Source of the DNA: Eledone cirrhosa
Taxonomy: Eukaryota
NCBI GenBank assembly: GCA_964016885.1
Contig: OZ024749.1
Location: 3,906,001-3,970,000 of the forward strand
Reading direction: 5' to 3'
Length of the DNA stretch: 64,000 bases
The notes below the pieces were generated by a model. That model saw only the letters and a list, made by a program, of their open reading frames with translations. It did not search any database and was not told the DNA's origin. Positions 51,741 to 64,000 of this stretch are shown here, piece after piece; position 1 is the first letter of the stretch; each line of letters begins with the position of its first letter. The position numbers and the translations under genes are program-made.

Positions 51741-52462
51741 ATAAAGTATATATCCCTGTCGGGAACAATTATGAATAGCACCAGTTCATAATTTGAACTC
51801 GGGAATTTTATATAGAGAGTCCTATGATTATGGAATTATGAAAGACATCCGACGAGGCAAAGCAGTGCAACTCTAGCGTATGGGACATCGAACGAAATAG
51901 TAGTAGCTGCTTTGCAATTCTACAAAAGTGAAAAGACTAAATAGCAATCATCTAATAACGATGTCAATGCATGTGTGTTGTAATGTGATACTCTTACACC
52001 CTACTTGTTAATCGATTGACTGGATTAACTCTGCTTTAATTTAAGAAGATTCACGTCTCCAATCAATAATTATGCTGAAGATAAGGCTTGCTACTGAGGC
52101 AAAATAGCAGAGGCTACCAGCATTCTAGATATGCATGGAGAAAGGGCAAATGATGTCAATTTGTATGCCAACACGTGGAGAAACGGCAAATAGTGTCAAT
52201 TTATACGTCAACACGCCAAAGCCTTGCTGCATTCTCTTGAACATAAAATAAAAAATAAAATAAACTCATCTAACATATAATAACTCATTCGTAGAGTGAA
52301 GGTGAAACATCGTATCACTAATTCACTAACATTAGAAGATATTAAGACAATATTCCCTGGTCTTACAGTGGAATGTTGTACGGGCGTATGGGCTGGTTAC
52401 ACGAGGATTGGTGGTAATTACATCAGCATATCACGGTTCATCAGCATAAGCTGTACGAGATG

Positions 52463-52522
<60 letters not shown>

Positions 52523-52543
52523 TTATATTATATATATATATAT

Positions 52544-52607
<64 letters not shown>

Positions 52608-53463
52608 TTTTTTCCGTTGTGTTGTAATATAAATATTACACACAGTAGATTATCAGCTCACGTAGAGTTTGCTCGACGGTTCCAGTTGTAGTTCCAAAAG
52701 TAATCCGGAGAAAAATAGAAAGATTTGAATGGATACAGTTTAGTTGAAAGGAATTTATTGACACGTGTTTCTATAACAGTTACATAACCTAAAACAGCTA
52801 TCTACAAACTTTTAGTTATGCAGACATTCAATATTTCAATGTTATTGTTTACTGTCATTTCATCAGAATAATATTACTGAGGACCTATTTAGTTTTTATA
52901 GAGAATATTAGGAGGAAGGGGTGAAGTTGTTAGAAGAATAGTTGAAGGAGTGGTTTTTCGATAGCAGTGAGAATTCTTGGTGGCAGTGATTAATTAGATT
53001 CCCATCTGTTGTTTTGACATTTTTTATAGAATATATTATTGGTTATTTTTCTAAATCTATAGAAGGATTAGAGATAGTAAAGATATGCGTGGTTGGTTTT
53101 GTGTTTGCACTTAACATTCGGACTTAAATTTTTCTTTCAAGTGTACGTATTCTTTCACCCACGCATTCACACACAAATATATTTGCACACCTCTACAAAA
53201 TACATATACTCACAATTCACATATTCATACTTACATATATATACACATGCATACACATATATATACACACATGTATTCATGTACATACATACGCGCTCAT
53301 GTGTATACATTTTCATACTCAACTTATCTTTATATATACACACGTATAGACACACACATATATACATACATACTCTAGTCCATGTGTACACACATACACA
53401 TACATACACATCCATATACACATACATACATACACATATATATATATACATATATACATATAC

Positions 53464-53494
<31 letters not shown>

Positions 53495-53517
53495 CACATA
53501 CACATATACACACATAT

Positions 53518-53550
<33 letters not shown>

Positions 53551-53819
53551 AGCACTTTAATACATGAATACACTTACATCTAACTATACACATCAAACAT
53601 ATATATATATTTACTTATTTATATACATTTTCACATATATATACATACTTATGGACGTTTTTAGACACATTCATTATCGCATATTTGTACCTATTCTCAT
53701 CAGCATATCTTTTCATTATTAGTATGGTAATTTAAGGTTATTAATATATGTTGAGAAGAGATTGTTTTTATATTTTTCTAACTAGATTAAGGTTTATATA
53801 GTTGGGGGATGTCCCTCTT

Positions 53820-54240
53820 TTATGTAATATTCTGCTTGTAGTGGGAAAAAAGGGTTTTAGTTCTGTGACGGCAGAATAATGTTCGTTCAATTCTGTTATT
53901 CAGCAGTTTCTTCTTGTGTGTGATTATGTAATAAATCTCAAGATTACACAATTTGCAGAAATTTTGGCTCCTGGAAAAGCTCTGGGTTTTAGCTAATTTT
54001 TCCCATTTTAGGGTAAACTTTTGATTGCTATCCCTGAGCGTCCAAGCTTTTTCTGCTAAAGTTGTTACATTTCTTTGGCTCTGGTGTTTTATTGAGTAAG
54101 AATGCCTATACAATCGAGATTTAAACGATGTTGCCGTTGATCCCACGTAATACCACTCGTTGCCTCCGGATTTAATGGTACACTTATAAATAATATTTTT
54201 TTCCAGGCAGTTATTGCCGAGGGGGCAGTTGTCAGGATAG
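53820..54240 (-). pseudogene. 5'-truncated PLE GIY-YIG endonuclease coding fragment
   Basis: CPLGNNCLEKNIIYKCTI...YYVGSTATSFKSRLYRH...CKLCNLE...LLNNRIE...CRH: IIY/YVG motif, catalytic R, E and N. The frame is open but lacks its own start and RT. Confidence 0.88.
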
Positions 54241-54586
54241 GCAGTTGTCAGGACGCTCAGGGATAGCAATCAAAAGTTTACCCTAAAATGGGAAAAATTA
54301 GCTAAAACCCAGAGCTTTTCCAGGAGCCAAAATTTCTGCAAATTGTGTAATCTTGAGATTTATTACATAATCACACACAAGAAGAAACTGCTGAATAACA
54401 GAATTGAACGAACATTATTCTGCCGTCACAGAACTAAAACCCTTTTTTCCCACTACAAGCAGAATATTACATAAAAGAGGGACATCCCCCAACTATATAA
54501 ACCTTAATCTAGTTAGAAAAATATAAAAACAATCTCTTCTCAACATATATTAATAACCTTAAATTACCATACTAATAATGAAAAGA

Positions 54587-54644
54587 TATGCTGATGAGAA
54601 TAGGTACAAATATGCGATAATGAATGTGTCTAAAAACGTCCATA
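54587..54644 (+). ncRNA. Degenerate second HHR-like motif in the PLE UTR (mirror 53650-53707 -)
   Basis: TATG-CTGATGA-gaaTAGGTACA...TGTGTCTA-aaaac-GTC^CATA. G12 appears as A. Confidence 0.45.
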
Positions 54645-54743
54645 AGTATGTATATATATGTGAAAATGTATATAAATAAGTAAATATATATATATGTTTG
54701 ATGTGTATAGTTAGATGTAAGTGTATTCATGTATTAAAGTGCT

Positions 54744-54776
<33 letters not shown>

Positions 54777-54799
54777 ATATGTGTGTATATGTGTATGTG

Positions 54800-54830
<31 letters not shown>

Positions 54831-55422
54831 GTATATGTATATATGTATATATATATATGTGTATGTATGTATGTGTATATGGATGTGTATGTATGTGTAT
54901 GTGTGTACACATGGACTAGAGTATGTATGTATATATGTGTGTGTCTATACGTGTGTACATATAAAGATAAGTTGAGTATGAAAATGTATACACATGAGCG
55001 CGTATGTATGTACATGAATACATGTGTGTATATATATGTGTATGCATGTGTATATATATGTAAGTATGAATATGTGAATTGTGAGTATATGTATTTTGTA
55101 GAGGTGTGCAAATATATTTGTGTGTGAATGCGTGGGTGAAAGAATACGTACACTTGAAAGAAAAATTTAAGTCCGAATGTTAAGTGCAAACACAAAACCA
55201 ACCACGCATATCTTTACTATCTCTAATCCTTCTATAGATTTAGAAAAATAACCAATAATATATTCTATAAAAAATGTCAAAACAACAGATGGGAATCTAA
55301 TTAATCACTGCCACCAAGAATTCTCACTGCTATCGAAAAACCACTCCTTCAACTATTCTTCTAACAACTTCACCCCTTCCTCCTAATATTCTCTATAAAA
55401 ACTAAATAGGTCCTCAGTAATA

Positions 55423-55539
55423 TTATTCTGATGAAATGACAGTAAACAATAACATTGAAATATTGAATGTCTGCATAACTAAAAGTTTGTAGATAGCTGT
55501 TTTAGGTTATGTAACTGTTATAGAAACACGTGTCAATAA
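55423..55539 (+). ncRNA. Type I hammerhead ribozyme with 88-nt branched stem II (mirror copy on the - strand at 52755-52871)
   Basis: TTATT-CTGATGA-aATGACAGT...ACTGTTATa-GAAAC-ACGT-GTC^AATAA. Confidence 0.88.
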
Positions 55540-55573
55540 ATTCCTTTCAACTAAACTGTATCCATTCAAATCT

Positions 55574-55641
<68 letters not shown>

Positions 55642-55984
55642 GGTGTAGGTTTTATCTTGTGATTCTGTGGACATGTTTTATGATATATAACTCTGATTAT
55701 TTAATTTATTAAATGTTCATTGAACAACAAATTGACCCGTTGCAAAACCCGTATATGTATATATATGTATATATATATGTAAACTTTTATATGTAATAAT
55801 ATCCCATTAGGTTGAGATACAAATTTGGCTGCATTGTGCTGTGCTTTCTAGCAAAAAAGCCACCAGCCGTAAGCAACTACCACACCCCTTCCAACCTGAC
55901 CGCTACTACGTCACGATTCTTAGCCATTTTGAATGAATTCTTGGCGCGATCACTTTGGAAAATTTAGTGTCTAGATCAGAGCAA

Positions 55985-56071
55985 ATCTCCTGATGAATCC
56001 GATGCTCGAGTTACATAATTATTACATAATTATTGGAAATCTCAAAATGCGGACGAAACCATGGTAGAGAT
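55985..56071 (+). ncRNA. Type I hammerhead ribozyme
   Basis: ATCTC-CTGATGA-aTCCG...CGGAc-GAAAC-CATG-GTA^GAGAT. The stem II loop holds an 11-bp duplication (TTACATAATTA). Confidence 0.87.
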
Positions 56072-56223
56072 ATTTAAATGTATTCTATTTTCTCCTAGTT
56101 TATTTTACACATAATTCTGTTTAATTGACTGTATCTGGACGATTACGCTGTCGAAATATTCGATAAATATTCCACTGCGGCCGACGTGAAGGGCTAATTT
56201 CGGTTATTTGTTGGAGATTTCTT

Positions 56224-56948
56224 CATGTTAACGGCTGAGCAGCCCAATTTGCATATCGAGTGGATTAATCGGCCGGGTGCACCGTAAACGATAAACGGAA
56301 AAAATGAAACGAAATTTAATGTCCCACTCTTAGTACGGCTGTTACTTAAATATAAGTATGTACACGTACATACATATGTGTATAGAGACGTACAGAAGTA
56401 TGTATATATATATATATATATACATATATGCACATATATATATATATATGTACGTATGGAATCACCGAACATTTATTATAATGCTCGGTGTGTTTGTAAA
56501 CAATGAAATATCGTTTCATTTTTCCTGTTTATCGTTTTCGGTGCACCCGGCCGATTAACCCACTCGATATGCAAATTGTGCTACTCAGCCGTTAACATGC
56601 ATAAGGTAAGTATATACGTTCAACAATCTGGCAGGAAGGTATACGTTGCTGACGATAGCTAATACGCTTGAAACTAATACAGCGTTCCTTTGTCAGTGTT
56701 GAACAAACGAGCAACGATGGTTGCTGGACGCTACGGCTTAATACGGGATGTTTGTTTACAAACACACCGATCATTATAATAACTGTTCGGTGAATCCATA
56801 CGTACATATATATATGTGTGCATGTATGTATGTATATATATATACATACTACTGTACGTCTGTATACATATATGTATGTATGTGACCTACTTATATTTAA
56901 GTAACAGCCATACTAAGAGTGGGAAATGAAATTCCGTTTCATTTTTCC

Positions 56949-56955
<7 letters not shown>
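56224..56955. mobile_element. Family X retrozyme-like element: inverted part (56224-56502) plus a ~423-nt terminally redundant unit (56505-56955)
   Basis: CGTTTCATTTTTCC occurs at 56512 and 56935. The inverted part reads through the unit end into the unit start. Homologous to 46525-46870 and 49828-50375. Confidence 0.8.
56643..56685 (+). ncRNA. Minimal type I hammerhead (family X, copy 3)
   Basis: ACGTTG-CTGACGA-tAGCtaatacGCTt-GAAAC-TAA-TA^CAGCGT. Confidence 0.82.
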
Positions 56956-57002
<47 letters not shown>

Positions 57003-57144
57003 GTACGTACTTAGTATAAATATATAACTGAAATGGACACATATATTTACATTGTATGGTGACACTATCAACTAATAGTGTCTCCGTATAGTGTAAATAT
57101 ATTCTCTGTGTGCCCTTTCAGGTATATATTTCTACTAAGTACGT
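57003..57144. repeat. Imperfect palindrome (~65-bp arms)
   Basis: GTACTTAGTAtAAATATATA..GACACTAT caacta ATAGTGTC..TATATATTTcTACTAAGTAC. Confidence 0.8.
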
Positions 57145-58120
57145 CCTCGTAAATGAATCAATATGAATTATTTGGCATTATCGACATTAATTAATGAATG
57201 AATGAATAAATTAATTAATTAATTAAACCATGTAGTTATATAGCCACTGGTAATTAACTTTGAAATAGTACAGATTTGATATCTTCAGTAAATGTGTTTT
57301 GTCATATTTCCAACATACCGTACTAACCTTTATTTTTGTTTCTTTCTACTGGGTTTAAATCCATTTAAGTACATTATTGAAATGCATACTGGATGGTTAC
57401 TGTGAACTTGAGGCAGATACCATGGACCTCCGATGATCTCGAGGATGTGTTTTTCGGTTGTTCGATCACCAGACAGTCCCCGCTAGAAGGTAATGCAAAT
57501 ATGGATGAGCACTCTCCGAATATATGTCTTCTTAACATACTCCACAAAACCACACTGTGTAGGACAAGCCAGGGGCCATTTGGGTTACTGGAACAGTCTA
57601 TCTGACTGAGATTGAAGCTGTTTCTGCCTTCCAAATTTCACACAAACCGCATGAAACGACTCTAAAGTAAATAAACTTGCAGAAGATGTCACGCTATGGT
57701 CCCTAACCTGGCCTAATTATATCGTTATGAATTATTTAATCGTTCGGCAAGGCGAGCCACACTCAGTGTCATAAAAATCACTTTTGTATTTGTATACGCA
57801 ATAAAAAGCCACTGAAATCGAAACACCCCGATTAGACATTTAATATATGTGGTCGAAAACGACCACGTAAATAATTTCCGGCAAGTATCTTATATTTCTC
57901 TTCAATGTACCTTCAGATGAAATGCGCGTAGTTTTATATACGTCAAACTTCTAAAGTCGGCTTCTCTAAAATAAACAATAGTTTTGATAACAGCAATGGC
58001 AAGTGATTGCATGGTGGCATACTCAATACGATTGTGCTTTCTCTTTTGTTGTAGCTTGCAATATCAAAGTGATCAAGACAATAATAAAAAAGTCAATGAT
58101 TTTCTTAACTGAACCGTTTG

Positions 58121-58175
<55 letters not shown>

Positions 58176-58361
58176 AGCAAATTAATAACGTAAACATGCA
58201 AGTATGCTTTTGAAACGGTGCGTGAGTTTGAAATTAGAAATCAGAAATTATAAACTTCCACCGTATTTTTAGACTAAAAAAATGTTTAGCTTGATAGAGG
58301 TGTTTATAACCCTCGGAGAAATGGAAAAAAAAAAAAAAAAAAAATAAATATATATATATAA

Positions 58362-58453
<92 letters not shown>

Positions 58454-58461
58454 GTGTGTGT

Positions 58462-58508
<47 letters not shown>

Positions 58509-59195
58509 TGTGCGTGTGTGCGTGTTTGTATATACATATATATCTGTATAGATACATGCAAACATATGTATATAGATAGATATTTTTCTAGTTATTATAT
58601 ATATATATATATAGTCAAGACGCAGTTTCTACTGAGTGAAAAACGTCGCTAGTGGTATTATTTTAAAGGATTAGGATAACAGGTGGATTGAACCAAGTTG
58701 CTGTCTATTTTGTAGTTTTCATCGGTTTCGACGTGGAAGAAGTATTGGATATATTGACAAGTATGTATTGTGAACTTCATTTAAACCACTATATTGCTTT
58801 TGATGTTTGTGTCGAAACATTGAAATGGAAAGAAGGAAAGAGCGAACAAATATATTTGTAGTATTTAATTATATTGATTTAGTACACTGTGTTCAAACTC
58901 CACCCAGCTTAATTTTGAATTCTATTTCTTCCCTGTTCTATAAAGCTTAGAACCAGTGTAGTAATATAGCTGAATAAATTGTGTAAGTTGAAGCAAGCGA
59001 TGACTGGTGATCTATTTGTGCTAATGTTACTGTGAAAAGAAGAGTCTTCAATTTTTACTGAAATAAACTGTCACAGACACGATCAAAGAAGTCGCTGAGA
59101 ACCAGGAGAGAAAGAAACACAATCTGGAGTATTTGTGCCAGAAGATGAAAGAATGCGGATTAAACATGACAGAAACAACAACAATAATAATAATG

Positions 59196-59257
<62 letters not shown>

Positions 59258-59263
59258 AATAAT

Positions 59264-62200
59264 AAGAAGAAGTCCTTGAGGCTTTCTACACTGCCATGTA
59301 CTACCCATCAAATACATCGAATACAGAGCAAACATATATCAACTGGAAAAAGAAACATCCCGAAAACAGAGGCTATATTGACAGTAACAAACTAGCCAAT
59401 ATACGAAGAAATATTGTAAGAAAAAAGTTACTAACTGATATAGAAATTGATTAGATCAAGCTAGTAGCACAAAGTCAGCGAAGGGAAAATGAAGCATCTG
59501 TCAGTGAAAACGAGGTAAACTGTAACACTTCGAATCCCAGAGTTGGGGCGGAATCACTGGCAACAGAACAAATTAAAGAAAGGAGCGAAAAAGTGGAGGG
59601 AGTGCATGCTCAGGATGAAACTCCAAATGAAAATAATGAGATCGTAAATGATAAAGAAATGAATGATTAACTTGCCAACTTGAAGGATGAAATTATGATC
59701 GAATGGATGAAAATGAAAGAATCTGACATGGGGGAACGAGACACCCTCCCTAAGATCCAGAACTCCAAACAGAACCAAAAGATAATACACAAGACTAACA
59801 TAATTCTCAAAAACATTATCATCACAAACAAACTAAGCATTACTGACTTAAATCATCTCTATTATGCATCGGCTAAAGTCACCACTCACTTATGTGGAGT
59901 GAAGATGAAAAAACAAAGGAATTCCCACAAGAAATCTACTTGGCAAGATAACATCAATCGCCAAATAAACCTTCTCCGATCTGACATAGAAATTTTAACA
60001 AACTATAAAGTAGGTGAACATGTTAAACAAACTAAACTTAGAAAATTGAAAAAAAAGTACAGTATAAGATCAACATGTGACATAGACATGCTGATAGAAA
60101 CAATCAAGCAAAAAGTGTCGGCCAAAGCTGCTCGTATAAGGCGCTTTGAAAAACGATCTAGATTCTATAAGGACAATAATATGTTCAAAAACAACCAAAG
60201 AAACTTCTACAGAAAAATTGGTAAGTCAACAATAACTGCTAAATCAATACCACCCAAGGAGGAAGTGCAAGAATTCTGGGAAAAGATCTGGGCCGAAGAA
60301 AAAGTTCATAACATACATGCCCCATGGATAGACAGGCAAATGAAAGAAACAGCTCACCTTGAAGAACAAACATGGGAAAATATAACAGTTGAACAGCTGC
60401 GCTTGGCTCTAAGAAAAACCAGCAAATGGAAATCCCCAGGAAAAGACAAAATACAAAACTTTTGGATAAATGCCTTCACAGAGTCTCATGAGCTGTTAGC
60501 CCAACTTTACAATGAAATAGTTAAGGAGCCAGAAAAGATACCATCATGGCTAGTTAACGGCATTACATTCCTGCTACCGAAGAATGATGAGACAAACAAT
60601 CCCAAAAATTACAGACCGATAACCTGCTTGACCACAATGTATAAAATTTTAACATCAGTCCTAACTCAATACACATATGACCACCTGATAACAAATGACC
60701 TATTTCCCATTGAGCAGAAAGGGTGTAAACGAGGCTCATATGGCTGTAAGTATCAGCTTCTGGTTAACAAAATGATACTGGAAGATTGTCATAATAGACA
60801 CAAAAATCTATCGATTGCTTGGATAGATTATAAAAAAGCATTTGATAGTTTGCCACACAGTTGGATTGAAAAATGTTTAGAGATTTTCAAAATATCCCCC
60901 GTTATCAGGAGGTTTTTGTCATTCAGTATGAGGACATGGAGAACGACACTCCTTTTGAATAGTGAAACAAAATTACTGGAAGCTGGAGAAGTTAACATTA
61001 ATTGTGGAATTTTTCAGGGTGACTCTTTATCACCGCTTTTATTCTGCATCGCACTTATACCATTAAGTAAAATGCTCAATGAAACAAAACATGGATATAG
61101 AGTCGATGACAAAACCATTAATCACCTGTTCTACATGGATGACCTGAAACTATTTGCAAAAAATGATGAACAATTGCAAGGGCTATTATCCACTGTAAAG
61201 CAGTTCAGTGATGACATTAAAATGGAGTTTGGACTGGATAAATGCGCCAAAGCAACGTTCACCAGAGGAAAGCTGCTGAAGAGTTCAGACATTAATCTTG
61301 ATCGGGGGAACGTGATAAGAGAGCTTGATCAAGAACAAACTTACAAATATCTAGGTGTTTGTGAAGGAGACGGAATCAAGCACTCGACAATGAGGGAAAG
61401 GATAAGGAAGGAATGTTACCGCAGAGTCAGAGCAATCTTAAGAACGGAATTGAATGCAAGGAATAGGATCGATGCCATAAACACACTTGCCATACCAGTA
61501 GTAACCTACAGTTACAATATCATCAACTGGTCAAGCACAGAGATCCGTAGGCTCGATACAAAAATCCGAAAATTCTTAACCATGCACAGAATGCATCACC
61601 CTAAGGCAGACATAGATAGAATATATCTCCCTAGGAAAGAAGGAGGACGTGGGTTAATCCAGTTAGACATTGCGTTGAAAACTGCAACAATTGGATTATC
61701 CACATATCTAAGGGAATCACATGATTGGATGATCAAACTCGTTTTGAAACACGAAAGCACCAAAAGATCATATTCCATTACAAAAGATGCACAAAGATAC
61801 AGTAATGGACTACAAATTTCAGAAGTCCCATTTACTGCTGAAATGGAAAACACAGAAAAAGCAAAGCAGGTAAAAGTAACTGCAAAGAAAGAACTGCTAC
61901 AGAAACTGGCTAAGAAATGGCAAGAAAAGCCTCTGTATGGAAAATACCCAGAGCGAGCTAACAATCCTGATGTTGACAAAACTTTAACCCATCAGTGGTT
62001 GGCATCCTCTGGACTGAAATCGGAGACTGAAGGACTGATTATATCCGCACAAGATCAGTGTCTGCCAACAAAAAATTACCAAGCCAACATAATAAAAAAT
62101 GGGTGCAGCCCATTATGCCGTGTATGCAAAAAACAACCAGAGACCATTGACCATATAATTTGAATGTGCAGTCCTATAGCTCCAACCGAATACCTAAACA

Positions 62201-62848
62201 GGCATGACAGAGCTGCACAATACATACATTGGATAATGTGTAAGCATTTTGACCTGCCCCATCAAAAGAATTGGTGGGAGCATCAACCACCTCCCATACT
62301 TGAAAAAGATCACATCTCAATCTTGTGGAACTTTAGCATCCAAACAGACCGAAAAATAGATGCAAATAGACCTGATATAATATTGAAGGACTTTCAAAGG
62401 AGGGTATGCCTGCTAATTGATATGTCTGTTCCAATAGACAAGAATGTATCTATAAAAACATTTGAAAAATTGAGCAAGTATAAGGACCTGGAGATAGAAA
62501 TTGGAAAAATGTGGAAATTGAGAACTAAAACAATACCAGTGGTTGTAGGCGCTCTGGGAATGATACCTAAGGGGTCTAACGACTACTTATCGCAAATCCC
62601 AGGAAACCCGCGTATAGGAGAAATACAAAAGATAGTACTAATGGGAACTGCCCATATACTAAGGAAGATCATGTCAATATAAGTACATCACAAGTCTAAA
62701 CACTAAGGATGCATGTGTGAATATGTGTGTTCTTTCTTGAACATGGCGGACCTTGTTGTCTCTTGAGGTCACTGGTTGTGACTTGGTGATAACTCGTATA
62801 AACATAAAGCAAGATAAATGCAAATAATAATAATAATAATAATAATAA
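59264..62848 (+). mobile_element. R4/Dong-clade non-LTR retrotransposon (RT + CCHC knuckle + restriction-like endonuclease), 5'-truncated, in (TAA)n
   Basis: One frame from 59269 to 62682 with three in-frame stops (59452, 59668, 62161). Motifs KNYRPITCL, WIDYKKAFDS, GIFQGDSLSPLLF, YMDDLKL, CRVC..ETIDHII*MC, RHD, NRPDII..LIDMSVP..KYKDL. (TAA)n on both sides, the known Dong target. Confidence 0.96.
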
Positions 62849-64000
62849 AAACTGAATGGGCCACTACAAATCATAGACACTAAAAATAAACTGGAAATAA
62901 AGTACAAAACTAGGAGGAAAAAGCTAAATAGTATCATAGAGGAACTGAAGCAACGCATTGTAGCAAAAAGCGCAAAGATTAGGCGATAGGAGAGCAGAGT
63001 CAGTCAGTATAGACAGAACCGCATGTTTGACAACAACCAGAAGATACTGTTTGGACAGACTGAAGGGAAAGAAAGAGGCAACGACTTGATCCCTGAGGCG
63101 GAAAAAACTAGGATATTCTGGAGAGGAATACGGGAGCAGGATGTTGAACATAATAACCAGGCAGTGTGGTTTGAGACAGTACAAAAGGAGATAGTGAACA
63201 GGTACACCAACAAACTGATTTGAGTATCACAGTTGAAATTCTTACTGGGAAGGCCAGAAAACTAACCAACTGGAAATCACTAGGCCCAGATGATGTGCAG
63301 GGGTATTGGATAAAAAATACAACATCCCTCCACCCGAAACTGACAACCATGTTCAATGACTGCTTGATGCCAGGTGAGGTACCAGAGTGGTACACAAAAG
63401 GTACCACATTTCTGGTAATGAAAGACCGAAACAAGGGTAATGATGTTACCATCTATAGACCTGTCACATGCCTGTCCATAATGTGGAAACTGTTAACAAG
63501 CATTGTGTCTGAGGAAATCTACCATCACCTACACATAAACAACTTGTTAACGGACGAACAAAAAGGATGCCGAAGGAAGTCCCGTGGTACAAAGGACCAG
63601 TTACTTATTGATAAGATGGTAATGGGGAATTGCAGGAGGAGACACACTGGTCTTGCCGTGAGATGGATAGACTACAACAAGTCATTCGACATGGTACCTC
63701 ATTCTTGGATAACCAAAAGCCTAGAGATCTTCAGGGTGGCAGATAACATCAGACAGTTGGTGAGCAACAGTATGAAGTCCTGGAAAACATAGGGCGGAGA
63801 ATCTTTGGGAGGCGTGAGGATCAAGAGAGGTATCTTCCAGCGAGATAGTTTGTCCCCTATGTTGTTTGTCCTTGCCCTGATCCCCCTGACCATTATACTG
63901 CAAAACGTGAAAGCAGGATACAAGTTGGGAAAGGGAGTGCTTGCCATCAATATGTTCCTCTTCATGGACGATCTTGAGCTCTTCGGGAAGAGTGAGAAGG
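62849..64000 (+). mobile_element. Second, older R4/Dong-like LINE fragment, running off the window end
   Basis: YRPVTCLSIMWKLLTS, EQKGCRRKSRGTKDQLLIDK, WIDYNKSFDMVPHSW, GIFQRDSLSPMLF, FMDDL. Frameshifts and stops. It starts right after the (TAA)n tail of the first element. Confidence 0.93.

Larger units (their letters stand above)
52605..55579. mobile_element. Head-to-head inverted Penelope-like element 3' ends: 1329-bp arms (52715-54043 / 54251-55579), 207-bp spacer
   Basis: Arms are nearly identical reverse complements. They contain a GIY-YIG C-terminus, UTR and HHRs. Both outer ends run into (TA)n. Confidence 0.95.

Noticed and set aside
52425-52455. Minus-strand CTGATGA motif
   Set aside because: No downstream GAAA/UH or stem I partner.
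54594-54645. SECIS element downstream of the GIY-YIG stop (ATGA..AAA)
   Set aside because: The 3' GA of the quartet is absent and the visible ORF has no in-frame TGA. An HHR-like reading fits better.
62161-62163. In-frame TGA in the Dong zinc knuckle as selenocysteine or read-through
   Set aside because: It is not at a Cys position (HII*MC), and two other in-frame stops (TAG, TAA) show ordinary decay.

Overview
Very AT-rich, microsatellite-dense eukaryotic DNA. The SINE family and (TA)n load suggest an octopus/coleoid cephalopod (inference). No host protein-coding gene could be supported. The window holds transposon remnants: a Helitron Rep/Pif1 fragment, Penelope-like element (PLE) RT and GIY-YIG fragments, an RTE LINE, a DD37D (maT) Tc1/mariner, two R4/Dong-type LINEs in (TAA)n, a Tx1/L1 3' end, about 10 tRNA-derived SINEs and two large satellites. 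The main hidden signal is RNA. Reading by eye finds more than 20 type I hammerhead ribozyme (HHR) motifs on both strands, from many unrelated sequence families, mostly in short non-coding PLE/retrozyme-like units inserted in (TA)n tracts. These include (i) HHRs with a compensatory U3:A8 core (UUGANAA) and stem covariation, (ii) HHRs whose stem II is expanded to about 90-105 nt, two of them branched, (iii) many different self-complementary stem III sequences typical of dimer-active HHRs, (iv) direct-repeat or circularly permuted units with monomers of about 327, 423 and 1009 nt, and (v) head-to-head fold-back palindromes with an HHR in each arm. All structures were assigned manually and need computational folding and cleavage assays.
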